A model generated the notes under the pieces. The model did not search any database, had not been told where the DNA came from, and saw only the letters and a list, made by a program, of their open reading frames with translations. 64,000 nt of DNA from Paraspadella gotoi (taxonomy: Eukaryota > Animalia > Chaetognatha). The stretch covers positions 24,603,842 through 24,667,841 of the forward strand of contig CM119264.1 of the NCBI GenBank assembly GCA_051294375.1. The letters run 5' to 3'. Shown piece by piece: positions 39,448 to 53,200 of the stretch (positions within the stretch are counted from its first letter, which is position 1; each line of letters begins with the position of its first letter). The position numbers were made by a program, and so were the translations under genes.

Positions 39448-39711
39448 ATCAAACATGGTGCATGAAAACATTAAGTCGTTAGAGAAACCATCAAAACCAA
39501 AACAAAAGATAAAAGCAAAAATAAAGCGAGAGTAAAAAAGTTGAGGCACAAAAACAAAAGACGAAAAGACGGAGAAAGAATGGAAAAGGAAATGGATTAA
39601 CGAATCAGTAATGAACATTTCATCTAATCTATATCTAATCGAATCTATTTTGCAAAATAACAGATACGATCCCTTGGTTGTTGGTTTGAGTCTTACATCA
39701 GATATCGCAAA

Positions 39712-39856
39712 CAAAAAAAACAAAACAAACAAAACAAACAAAACAAACAAAACACACAAAACAAACAAAACAAACAAAATAAACAAAACAAACAAAACAA
39801 ATAAAACAAACAAAACAAATAAAACAAAACAAAACAAAAAGAAACAAAACAAAACA
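39712..39856. repeat. 9-bp tandem repeat (aaaacaaac)n
   Basis: Direct inspection. Confidence 0.9.
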
Positions 39857-40296
39857 AGCAATATCTTCCTCAATTTTGACGAGAAGATAATCTTACAATA
39901 ACAAATGGATTCTGTAAAACACGAAAAGGTAAGGGAATTCTTTTGGCAAGTTAAGTCAATCGATCTTTGGTAAGTCACGACTTAGTCGTCGTCGTCGTCG
40001 TCTTCGTCGTCGTCGTCGTCTTCGTCGTCGTCGTCGTCGTCGTAGGCGTTTAACTTCAGCTGACAAAAAATGATGTTCTCTAATCCTCTTCTCTTCTCTT
40101 CTCTTCTCTTCTCTTCTCTTCTCTTCTCTTTTCTTCTCTTCTCTTCTCTTTTCTACTTTTCTTCTCTCTCTCTCTCTTTCTCATTTAAACGGAAGTGCTC
40201 TTGAAAAATGAGAGCGAATAAAAACTGACTCGGGATGAGAAGAGGTACAGAGGAAAAAAGAGAGAAAAGATATAAATTCTTAGAGGAGAGAGAGAA

Positions 40297-40369
<73 letters not shown>

Positions 40370-40694
40370 GACTGAGTAATTTCGTCTAGTGCGCCATGAA
40401 TACAGACGAGGTAAGAGAAACGATAAAAAAAATTAAAAAAAAAAAATCGGACATTTTTTTAAATCTAATTTAATTCAATGCAATTTTATAATCTATCAAA
40501 AAAAGGAAAGGCGTTCTCGTGAATAAAACAGAAGAAGTATAAACCTAATTAAAACGACTGTTAAGAATAAATAACTAGTTAATTATTCGCAACCTCGAAA
40601 GAGATTCGATTCTTTCATCCGCGAACCAACATTTGATGAATATGCAATGAATCTCCGATCTCGACCCGAATTAGATTCTTGCACATCAGAAACA

Positions 40695-40822
40695 TTCAGT
40701 TTCGATTCAGTTTCCGTTCAGTTTCGATTCACGTCTTCGATTCAGTTTCGATTCAGTTTCGATTCAGTTTTCGATTCAGTTTCGATTCAGTTTCGATTCA
40801 GTTTCGATTCATTCCATTCAGT
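40695..40822. repeat. 11-bp tandem repeat (ttcagtttcga)n
   Basis: Direct inspection. Confidence 0.9.
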
Positions 40823-41626
40823 TGATTTTGACAATCGACATTCAGTTTACTTGACTTGAGTTTTCGACCTCAACTCACTTCGCCTCACCTCGCCTCACCT
40901 GCACTCTCTCTCTCAATCGGATTTTTTCGAAAAAGACAGAAGGGTGAATAAGTTGCGTCTGAAATTACAGAATTCCTAGCAATTGCTTTTACCGAAGTCT
41001 TTCGGTAAAAATTATGTGACATTTTAACTTACATTACTATATAGATACTGTAGTTTTCTTTCACAAAATGGTTAGCCGTTGTTTAATATAAGACAAAATT
41101 AATAACTGTATCTTTTATCTTCTTTACGCCAAAGGACACCAAAAATTATTCTCTATTTATTCTCAAGCTGCTTTTCAGGGGGCAATTTAAATCATATTCA
41201 ATAATACCTGTCACGCTTTGCTTTTCCTTCAAAAAATGTTTATTTCTAATGTTTACGACATATAGACTTTTTATTTCGTTTCAGTCGATATTTCTCCGCC
41301 GCTTTTTATTTGTGTAATAGTATCTTATTCTTGTTTTATTATTAAGGGGACATAATCTGAAATAAAAATGATTTCAAAAGTCGTCATTTCAATTTTTGTA
41401 AAATAAATTCTCGTTTCAATAATAAAAAAAAATTAAGTTACGATTTCTTTTCTTGAAATTATTTCTAATCGTGTTATTCTTTTTGAAAATAAAAAAACTT
41501 TAAAAATCAAGTTTGGACGCAATCAACGATCGTACAATTGTGACATCGTCTCGACAACAGGCGTGACACCTGTTAACAGATTCAACAACTTCCAAAAGAA
41601 AAGTTGACGATCGAATTTAAAGATCG

Positions 41627-41704
<78 letters not shown>

Positions 41705-42249
41705 AAACGAGTTACACGGCGCCTTTCACAACTTGAAAATTCTTTCACGGAATCTCTTTTTCCTTCCTTTATTTAAAAATGTTTTATTTTCGATCTTTCG
41801 TTTCTGCTTTTTTTTCTTTTTCTCCCTTAAAATAGTTCATAGTCGAATTGTAAATCAGTTTGGCGCCATTTGTCGATTCGAGGTTCGACTCCGCGAAGAA
41901 CTAAACAAAAATAATCGAGGTTAAAACAATAAATCAGCTGCTGCTGCTGCTGTTTCGGCGGCGGCGGTGGCGGCGGCGGTGGGGAGAGGCTCAGGCGTTT
42001 CGACTTCCAAAGCTTCGATCAAAAACACATTTGCATTTTCTTTTTTACTGCCGCCTTACCCTTGCGTTTTTTCTTTAGCGAGAGAAGAGAGAGGACAAGA
42101 AGAGAGAGAGAGAAAAGAAGATGCGAGAGGAGAGAGAGAGCAGAGAGAGAGAGAGACGAGAGATAGAGAGACGAGAGAGAGAGAGAGCGGGCAATGGTTC
42201 TTATTATTTTTAAGTTCTTTCTATCTCTTTCTATCCTCTTCTTTCTCAT

Positions 42250-42337
<88 letters not shown>

Positions 42338-42398
42338 TCCCTCAGTGTACTAAAGATGTTCTTTTGTTCCCCATCACGACATCATCGTCTTCCTCTCT

Positions 42399-42476
42399 TG
42401 ACATGTTTATCCCTCTTCTTGACATGTCCCGGCATGTCTTGACATGTCAATCACGTCTCGACCGCTTATGACGTCA
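42399..42476. promoter_or_regulatory. Candidate p53-family response element followed by a CRE
   Basis: Three abutting decamers TGACATGTCC CGGCATGTCT TGACATGTCA (42420-42449), plus TGACATGTTT (42399-42408). TGACGTCA at 42469-42476. Confidence 0.35.
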
Positions 42477-43621
42477 CAATCGATCTTCGATTCTTCGTCG
42501 CGAATCTCGTTTGACGATATTTCGGGACGGTCGTCGTTGTTGTCGTTGTCGTTTTCGTCGATAGGGATGTCGTTGTAAGAATGGGTGGGACTGAATCGGG
42601 GTAAGCGAAAGGGTAAGGCATTTGGTGAGTTTTGAGGATGAGAGGCTGGCAGGTGTTGTTGTTGTTGTTGTTGTTGTAGCGTTGTCTTTCTCGGGTGAGG
42701 ATTAGAGAAAGATGAGAAGACGTGGTTCGAGTTTTTTTGACAAGGAGAAGATCTTAGGCGGCGGCTTCGGCGGCTGCGGTTGCGGCTGCGGCGACGTTAA
42801 ATCAAAAGGGAAAAGTGGAGATAAGTGGAGAAGAGATGAGAGGATGCGATTGAAGGGAGAGTCGATGGAGAAAAGAGCAAAGAGTAAAAAGGGAGAGATA
42901 GAGGATGGATATCTTTTATTCTGTGGAGTGTGGACTTTCGTCTCCCACTTTCTCGTCGACATCATTCTTTGTCGATTTTAACTCCGATTTGGCGCCGACG
43001 CGACTCACTTCGTCGTCGTCGTCGTCGTCGTCGTCGTCCTTAGATCTTGGTCGAATCTGTCGTCGCAGCGCCATCTTCATTTTCGAGACTCAAAATCTTT
43101 TGTTTGAAGTGAAACATGAGTCGTAAATCTGGTGGATGACGATGATGATGAGGACGACTGCGACGACTGCGACGACGACGACGATGACGCCAAATCTCTT
43201 CAACGAGTTTCTTCTTCTTTTCTCTAAAGGTCAACATAAACGGAGATTTGTTGTGACGCGTTTTGTTGACGTTTGGTGACTCAATAAACGTCGCAGAGAT
43301 CTAGACGGCGATGGCGACGACGACAAAGGCGACGACGACGAAGAAGACGATGGCGACGACGACGATGAAAAATAAGAAAGTGGAGACAGCTATTTACAAG
43401 TCACCGCTATTCACAAGTTACGTGTCTTAGATTGTCTTAGTTGGTAAATTAATGTTAAATTTAAAAAAATAATTATAATTTAAAAAAAAATAACAGAAGA
43501 AAATGAATATGAACTGAGTCACTCGAGATAAAATAAAGCTGTCGTAAGAGGCGAAGGCGATGAAGGCGGCTACGATTATTTCTGCATCTTGAAAGAAACG
43601 AAGACCATAACGACGATGATT

Positions 43622-43665
<44 letters not shown>

Positions 43666-45387
43666 CGACCGAGGCCAAAGAAAGCAAACTCGTTCTCACA
43701 AACGAATTAAAAAAGGAAAAACCCTTGAGAGAAGCTCTTGTCTTGGGAAGTGGACACTGGGAAGACTGGGCAGTGGGCAATAGGCATTGCCCGTCGCTGC
43801 CCGTCTCACAGACAAAGATCGGCTTCCTTGACGACCTCTTCGAGACACACCCGACGCGGCGGCCTTTACTTACCCCGCCTTACCCTGTCCCGACGCATCG
43901 TTTGACCGCTCGGGCGAAGAGAAAACTTTGTTTGTAATCAAAATAACTTTCATCTGGTTTGTCTGTTTGGAGTGTGAAGGAGTGTTTAGGAGTCTTGAGG
44001 AGTGGTGTTTAAAAACCGGTGGGGGTTAAGACAGGGAGGTCTTAGGGATGAAGTGGGAGGCGGATGAGGGAGAGAGAGGGTGTCGTTCGTCCAGGAACGC
44101 GCACACTTTCTCTCTAGGTGGACGACAACATTACTAAATGTCGCGATTTATTAATTCATAAAAAAAATTTAAATATTAAGTCTACGGAATAAAAATGATA
44201 AAATACATGATTTACCTCAGAATTCCTCAGAGTTTATATTTATCACATCCTAACAATCTTTATCCCAATCACAGTTTTGAATATAATTAATATTATCGAT
44301 CAAGCTTCATCCTTATTCAATCAACTATACTAAATTACTAATCAATCGAGACTAATTTTACTAATATTCAAATCTCCAAAATTTCAACTGATTAAAAACT
44401 ATTTCCCTCCGACCAGATTTTCTCGGCAAAAAAAAAAGGTTTGAGTAAACAATGTCGGATCTGCCCACGGTCATTAGCAGTAATTAATTAATAAATTAGT
44501 TAAAAGATTAATTACACATTAATTAATTTTTAATTTTTTATTTAATTAATTATTTTATTTAATGATTAATTGTTTGCACAAACTTGTTTGTTTTTAGGTC
44601 TGTTCGTCAGGTCACTGAGAAACGACAAAAGCAACGACGACTATGATGGCGACGACGACGACGACGAAATAACATTGACGATGATTAATTGAATGAATGA
44701 TTGATTAATTAATTAATTAGTTAATTGGTTGATTAATTGTATATTTTATTTATTGATTAATTAATTGATTAAATGAATAATTAATGTAACTGACATTTAT
44801 ATTTGATATAAAAAAAAAACATAATCAAATAGTGAAACTGTTTTTTTTTGTTTTTTCCATTTAAACTCATTTTTACTCGGACGATTCCATCGAAACTTGA
44901 TTTCCTGCTTAATCACACACTTCTTAACACACACACACACAAAATTTCAAGTCAATCGCCCCATCCACACATGAGTAATTGGCGTTCAAAGCTAAGTGGG
45001 GACGGATGGATGGACAGACAGACGGACGGACGGACGGCCATCATTTTTTTGCATAATTTTCTATAATTCGATGTTCTGAGATGATATAAGTGACATACCG
45101 ACAAGATAATGGGTGGCGACCGACAGATCGACAAAGTGAAATATAGAGCCGGAATCTGCTGATAAGCAGATCCGGCTAAAAAAAAACCCGGCGGCCGAGA
45201 AATTCCGTCGTCTGCATAATTGAGTCGCGAGAAGAAATTGGATTTTGGAGGAAAATGAATAATCGAAGGAAAGAGAGAAGTTGTTTTGTGGCTTCGACCG
45301 CCAGAGGCGCGGTGAGGGAAAGGAATGGAATTCCCGAGCGAAAACGAGGAGGTAAACAAGATGGAGACGATGGGGGGGAGGTGTTGG

Positions 45388-45419
<32 letters not shown>

Positions 45420-47212
45420 TTCCTGGCTGTCGCCGGTACGAGAACCAAAACACTAAAAATAAAAATAGAAACCAAAACAAGAAAACATAAATAAAACAGA
45501 AAAAAAAGTGACAAAACACGAGACGATCTAATCATCGGTTGCAAAATATTCAGAATCCTGATAAAACTTACAACGACTTACTACTGCTTGTCAGATCTCA
45601 CTGCAATGAAATACGGCGGCCAAATTTGATGGTTTTATTGAATTAACTTCAGTCAAATTTAATTCGCGATTCCCATTTCCCACATTTGTCCGAAGGATTA
45701 GGAAATGAAAATTTTATTGCTGCAATTGTGAAAATCTCCCAGAAACAATGCCAATTCAAAAACCTTCTACTTGACAGCCTTGTCAGTGCCACTATGTCTA
45801 ACTCGCAACGTAAAACATATCGATTCTCTCGACATCCGAAAGTTAAGTGTTAAACTAATCCTGTGTGACAGACATCGCGTGAACGTTTTCTCACCTTCCA
45901 GAGAGTTAACGATCGATCCAATCACAGCACAAAACATCACAAAATCACAATCGCCTCAGACGCTTTTCAACACCCGAGACTCGCCAAATGCCACCAGCAC
46001 CAACACCTGGTAAACAAAACCATCAACCCGGCCGCAGCCGCCGCCGCTGCCGACGCAGCCGGAGCAACCTACGGCGCAGCCGACCCGGATTCAGGGTCGA
46101 ACCCTCTTTCAGTTAACCGCAGAGTTTTCTCGAGTCGATTCCGGGAAAGTGTGATGGGGGCTTAGAATGGGGATAGGGGAGTGAGAAGGGGGTTTTACTG
46201 GGGTGGTTTTGGGGTGAAAATCTCTACTTGGGGAGAGAGAAGAGTCGGTCTTTAAGATGAGTGAATTTGGGGCAGCGTTTCACACGAAAGTTATCAGTGG
46301 GGAGTCGGTTTATGAGGGCAGATCATGAGGAGAGAGAAATCGGGTCATTAAAAGGGGGGGTGGGGGAAGAGAAATGATTTGTGAGTTGGTCGGGGATGAG
46401 AGATTAGAGAGGATATTATGACGATTGTTCGTTCGTTCTCTGTTTAAAATGAACCGATATTATTACGTTTGTAAACAATCAGTCACCAATGATTTTCAGT
46501 GAGAAAGAAATTCGGTGTCTTCCTTTTTAAGATCCTTGGGAAAAATCTTGAATGGAGTCGAGTTGAGAAATAAAAAAAAGTCTTTGAAGGGAATACATTT
46601 AGTTGTTGTGGTCTAAAGGAAGAAAGAAAGAAAGAAAGATAAAAGGGTTTAGTGAGAGAAAAAGTAGAGAAAAAAGAAATAGGGAAAATAGAAAAGGAAG
46701 AGGTAGGAGGGGGGGGAAAGGAATAAGGAAAAGGAAAAAAAGGAAAGGGAAGAGGAAAAGGGGTCAACCTTGAATACGAAGGTCTTTTCGCGGGATTTTG
46801 TTTCGTAAGTGGGCGTGGCGTGAGCCAAGGTTTGACGCAACATGCGAGAAAACAACATCGCTCTCTCTTTATTTTCCTCTCTCTCTTGGTATTTTTCTCC
46901 TTTTGCCACCCAAGACTGAAGATGTGACAGTGTACAAGTGATTATCTACGGTGAGAGATGTTTTACATGCGTACGAAGAGAACAATGGCTTAATTTATTT
47001 TAGTTTTCGAACCAAATCATTAAGTAGGCTGATTTCGTCATTTCTAATGAGAAACTTTGCCCATCTTCCGACACCCGAGCTGCTGCACTCCTCACAAGAT
47101 CAAGACGGGTGCCCGACTGTCCTCTTCCTTCTCAGCGGCGAATTGATTAATTTCGCGTTGGGCGATCCTGAGGGGCTTCTGAGTCTCTCTCTCTCTCGTC
47201 TCTCTCTCTCCT

Positions 47213-47293
<81 letters not shown>

Positions 47294-47939
47294 CTTCTCC
47301 CTCCCCCAAGTATAGCTCTTATCTCTCGTCATCTCTCTCACTCTCTCATATCTCTCTCTCTTTCTCAAGGTGATTTTCGTGTGATGATTAAAGCTTAATC
47401 ATTTTCGCACTCGGCTCTTGGTTTCTTCCGCTCCTACAACAGCTCTCGATATTATTTACACTTCACCTCTCACACATATTCACACTTTACTTTTCGTTCT
47501 TTTTCTCACTTCGACTTTCACGCTTTAATCAAAATTTGACGATTCGTATTTTCTTTAACAGTTTTTCAATCGTGAATTTGCATATTCCATATTGAGCGCT
47601 GTTTTTTTGCTTTCTCGACTTTTTTCTTGGTCTCTCTTCGCACGATTCGAATTATTCAAGATTAACTTTCTCATTTCTAAGAAATAATACTTTTTTACTC
47701 TCTTGTACTTTCAATTACTTAGTTTCATCCTTTTTTTTATTTCAACGAGTAATTTTAAATCATATCATATAATCATCAAATCATACCATCATCATATCAT
47801 ATCATCATCATATCATCATAATATCATATCATATCATCATCATATCATATCCTATCAATCCGATCCTATGTTTTTGGCGCGGATTCCAATTCCTCCTCAC
47901 ACGTTTCTCAATCACGGCCTCATCCTCTTTCGCTTCTGC

Positions 47940-48023
<84 letters not shown>

Positions 48024-48085
48024 ACCTGCGCGGTGAGCCTCAATAGTCTCAATCAGCGTCTACTGTCGGTGCCTCAAATGTGTTG

Positions 48086-48343
48086 TTTTTAGTTGCGCCG
48101 CGAGTACTCGCTGAGCAACTCTATAAGTCACTTTTCGGTCGGTCGGTCGGTCCGTTGGTATGTCTGTCTATCGGTCTGTCCCATTTACGTTAAAAACGCT
48201 TATAACTTGCCTATAGTTTGTTGCTCATTTGTTAAAATTAAATCTAAGCGACTACTGGCGCCGCCGTTTGTTTTTCAAGAACTCTTATAAGTAAAAAGAA
48301 AAGTAATGCTGCGCAACACCTTGGAATAACCCTTCCTTGTTTT
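48086..48343 (+). mobile_element. DINE-1/HINE-like non-autonomous Helentron element
   Basis: T-run, then 5' hairpin agttgc-gcc-gcgagtactcgc-tga-gcaact and ctataag, then a (tcgg)/(tgtc) microsatellite. 3' end has inverted subterminal gcgcaac, a short stem ggaa...ttcc and terminal ttgtttt. Confidence 0.55.
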
Positions 48344-48717
48344 TCTTGGAGGAAACAACTGATTACGTATCTCTCTCTCTCTCTTTCTCTCTCTGTCTCT
48401 CTCTCTCTCTCTCCCTCTCTCTCCCTCTCTTTTTCTCCCCTTGAATCGAAGCCAACAAATAAGGATATTATAACTCCTCATACGCATGATATAAAAACCA
48501 CAACAAAATAGTTAGGAGATTTGATATTTAGACTTTCGTCTACTTTTTCCGGAAAAAAAGATTTTGACTTCATTTAGGGAGTTTATTTGATAACAAATTA
48601 AAGGGAAACCAAAAAAAACCAAGCAAACAAAATAAAACTTTGATTATTCATCAACTAACTACGCAGATTCTCCTTAGTTTATTCATCGTTCTACTATCAA
48701 TTTAATCACTCTCTCTG

Positions 48718-48753
<36 letters not shown>

Positions 48754-49542
48754 CCTCTCTCTCTCTCTCTCCTCCTTTTCTTTTAATCCCCTTTCTCAAG
48801 CTGCCAATGCCTGGCTTTTACTCTCCGCTTTTACAAAACTAATCCGCTTACAACAAATTGAAAAACGCCAACGGTGAAAATCCCGCCGAGTCGAAGTCCG
48901 CACTTTTTTCCCTGTTTATTTTGTCGGAATTAAATTTCCTCCACATTTTTTTTTTTGTTCTTAGATTTTAATTTATTTTTTTTTTTGTTATCGAGATTCG
49001 GGATCGCTGGTGTTGTCGTTGTTGTTGTCGGCTTCGGAAGTGGAGAAGGGTGCTCCGGCGTGGGAGAAAGAAAAGAAACTTAGGTGGGAAATGAATTTGA
49101 GGAAAAAGATAATGAAATGGAAGAAGGAGAAAAAGATTTAGTAAGTAACTGATGTTAATAAATAACATGTAAAAAAGTCCTTTTCTATATTTACTTTTTA
49201 TAAACGCAGCAGATACCCGAAGCTCGACTTTCCTGGCACTAATAAATCAATCAACGACATATCGTACTTCTGAATTTGCAACAAACTTTTTTCTCTTTCT
49301 CTATTGATATTCATACGCGGATCGACCAACGTAGTAAATTCAGTTCATCAGTTTCCTCAACTATGATAAACTCTCATCCTCCTTCCTTGTTCCACCTGCC
49401 CTTTTCTTTTCCTCCCCTTTCTTTTACCCCCTCCCCTTTCATTTTCCTCGCTCCCCTTCTTTTGTCCATCTTTCCTTCCAACCCCGACAATGACCCTGAA
49501 ACAGATGCTTCTTTCGTTCGCTTTCGATGTCGTAAGAGAGAG

Positions 49543-49614
<72 letters not shown>

Positions 49615-49718
49615 TAGAAAGGGAGAGAGAGAGAGTGATTCATGGTGTCATATCGAGCAAAGTAGATACGATTAAAGTAGGAGCCGCATGACACAGTAGT
49701 CGGGTACACCATCGAGTG

Positions 49719-49813
<95 letters not shown>

Positions 49814-50240
49814 GATATGAGCCCAATCAGGTTGTAAAATCACTACCAGATGTTCTTCGCGTGATGATGACCCGTGGGGCGGAACTCGGGATCCGCGGGG
49901 ACGAAATCACAACGAGAAATCTTTTCCGCTCGGGAGTTGTTGGGAAGAAGGAGAAGAGAAGGAGAGGAGAAAGAGAAGGAAAGAGAAAGAGGAAGAAAGA
50001 GAAAGAGAAAAGAAGGAGAGCAAAAAGAAAAAGGTAAAAAAAAGGAGTAGAAGAAGATTCATTTCTTTGGAGGAAGTAGGATTATCTTAGGAATGATCTT
50101 CTTAGAACAAAAGGGATCATGAATTTAAACTTTAGAAGATTCATTTTGAATTGAAATTCACATGAGAGAAATCCTGAATTAAAAACAGATTCGAGGAAAG
50201 GAAAGGAAAGGTCCAATTCCCTAGAGAGAGAGAGAGAGAT

Positions 50241-50272
<32 letters not shown>

Positions 50273-53200
50273 GGAGAGAGAGAGGAGAGAGAGAGAGATA
50301 TTTTTCGTTGCAAGATTTTAAAGTAGATTTGGAAGGAGATTTGGAAGGAGATTTGGAAGGAGATTTACAAGGGATAATGAAACTGATTCGGGAGGCAGAC
50401 TATTCCATCCCCGTCACCAGAAACTGAAGACCGTGACGCCGTGACACAGTGACACGAACTCGGCAATTCAGTGACACGACGTCACGAGGACCCCCGTCGT
50501 TTTGAATACGACGAGTTACGTGACGCGAGTTAAATTATTAATTCAAATTTTCTATTAATCGCTTTCATCACGAGAAATTCAATTCAGGCGGACTTAATTC
50601 ATTATTATTTTGACTAAATTATATTCATGAAATTGGTACAACCAATATAATTATTTTAGTTTATATGTACAAGGGAGTTAGAATTACACAATATTGCCGT
50701 ACATTGACGGACAACTACAGTCAGTGGCATAAGGGAGTATTTTACTACTTCCGATTAAAATACTGATAATTTGTGTTGTCGATTTTGTGGAAGCACAAAA
50801 TCGTCGTCGTCGTTTTCGTCGTCGTAGTCGTCGTCATCGTCCATGCATTCGATATTCCACGCGAGTCTCCCTGGACCTCACATCAACTGTGACTGTGAGC
50901 TCGTGAGTCGAGGATCATCTTGACCATCCTAAGAACAAGGGACGACATATCATCTCCGATTGGGATCAAAGATGGGAGTCACAGATGGAATAATTCACGA
51001 ATACAATCGGTGGATGACAACGGAAATGCAAAGGGAGATTGAAATCTCCGGAAGAGCAAGACGACGAAGGACGAAAATTGTCTTTCGGCCATCGATCCAT
51101 CGATTCTTCGTTTGACCACCGACGATGATGTTGAAGCGATGACGACGACGATGACGACGACGACGAACGGTTCGACCCGAGGGCCAAAGAAAGCAAACTC
51201 GTTTTTCACAAACGAATTATAAAAGGAAAACCCTTGAGAGAAAGCTCTTGTCTTGGAATGACACTGGAAGACTGGGCAAGTGGCGAAATAGGCATGCCCG
51301 TCGCTGCCCGTCTCACAGACAAAGATCGGCTTCCTTGACGACCTCTTTAGAGACCACACCGCACGACGCGGCGGCTTTACTTACCCCGCCTTAACCCTGT
51401 CCGACGCATCGTTTGACGAGTCGGGCGAAAGAGAACTTTGTTTTGTAATCAAAATACTTTCAAATCTGGTTTGTCTGTTTGGAGTGGTGAAGGAGTGGTT
51501 ATAGAAGTCTTGGAGGAGTGGGTGTTTAAAAACCCGGTGGGGGTTAAGCAGGGAGGTCCTTAGGGATGAAGTGGGAGGCCCGGAAATGAGGGAGAGAGGA
51601 GGGTGTCCGTTCGTCAGGTAACGCGCACGACTTTCTCTCTAGGTGGAACCGACAACATTACTAAATGCGGCGATTTATAAATTCATAAAAAAAAATTTTA
51701 ATATTAAGTCTTCGGAAATAAAAAAATGATAAAATACATGATTTTACCTCAGAATCGCGCAGAGTTTATATTATCACATCCTAACAATCTTTATCCAAAT
51801 CACACAGTTGAATATAATTATATTATCGATTCAGCTTCATCCTTATTCAATCAACTATACTAAATTCAATCGAGACTAATTCTTACTAAATTTCAAATCT
51901 CTAAAATTTCAACTGATTAAAAACTATTATCCCTCCGACCAAGAATTTTCTCGGCAAAAAAAAAAAAGGTTTGAGTAAACAATGTCGGATCTGCCACGGT
52001 CATTAGCAGTAATTAATTAATAAATAGTTAAAAAGATTAATTACACATTAATTAATTTTTAATTTTTTATTTAATTAATTATTTTATTTAAATGATTAAT
52101 TGTTTACAAACTTGTTTGTTTTAGGTCTGTTACGTCAGGTCACTGAGAAACGACAAAAAGCAACGACGACTATGATGGCGACGACGAACGACGACGAATA
52201 ACATTGAGGATGAATTAATTGAATGAATGATTGATTAATTAATTAATTAGTTAATTGATGATTTAATTTGTATATTTTATTTATTGATTAATTAATTGAT
52301 TAAAATGAATAATTAATGTAACTGACATTTATATTTGATATTAAAAAAACATAAATCAAATAGTGAAACTGTTTTTTTTGTTTTTTACCATATTAAACTC
52401 TTTTTTTACTTCGGATGATTCACCAATCGAAAAGCTTGATTATCACTGAGCTATAATCACACACTTCTTAACACAGCACACCACACAAATTTCAAGTCAA
52501 TCGCCCCCATCCACACATGAGTAATTGGCGTTCAAAAGCTAAAGTGGGGACGGATGGATGGACAGACAGACGGACGGACGAGCGGCCATCATTTTTTTTG
52601 ATAATTTCTAATAATTCGATTTCTTGAGATTAATATAAGATGAACATCCAACAAGATAATGGCTGGCGACCGACAGATCGACAAGTGAAAATATAGAGCG
52701 GGAATCTGCTGATAAGCAATCCGGCCTAAAAACCAGCGGCACAGAGAAATTCCGTCGTCTGCATAAATTGGAGTCGCGAGAAGAAAAATTGGATTTTGGA
52801 GGAAAATGAATAATCGAAGGAAAGAGAGAAGTTGTTTTGTGGCTTCGAAACCGCCAGAAGGCGCGGTGAGTGGAAAGAATGGAATCCCGAGCGCAACGAG
52901 GAGGTAAACAAGATGGAGACATGGGGGGAGGTGTTGCGGTCGTCGTCGTCGTCGTCGTCGTCGCCGTTCCTGGCTGTCGCCGGTACGAGAACCAAAACAC
53001 TAAAAATAAAAAATAGAAAACGCAAAACAAGAAACAAAATAAAACAGAAAAAAAAAGTGACAAAACACGAGACGATCTAATCTGATCGAGATTTGCAAAA
53101 ATATTCAGAATCCTGATAAAACTACACGACTTACTATACGCTTGTCAGATCTCACTGCAATGAAATACGGGCGGCCAAATTGATGGTTTTATTGGAATTA

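Noticed and set aside
43725-43937. 70-codon frame ending RAKRKLCL (cyclin-binding RxL-like)
   Set aside because: No ATG, no clear splice acceptor and no recognisable family; the short motif is expected by chance.
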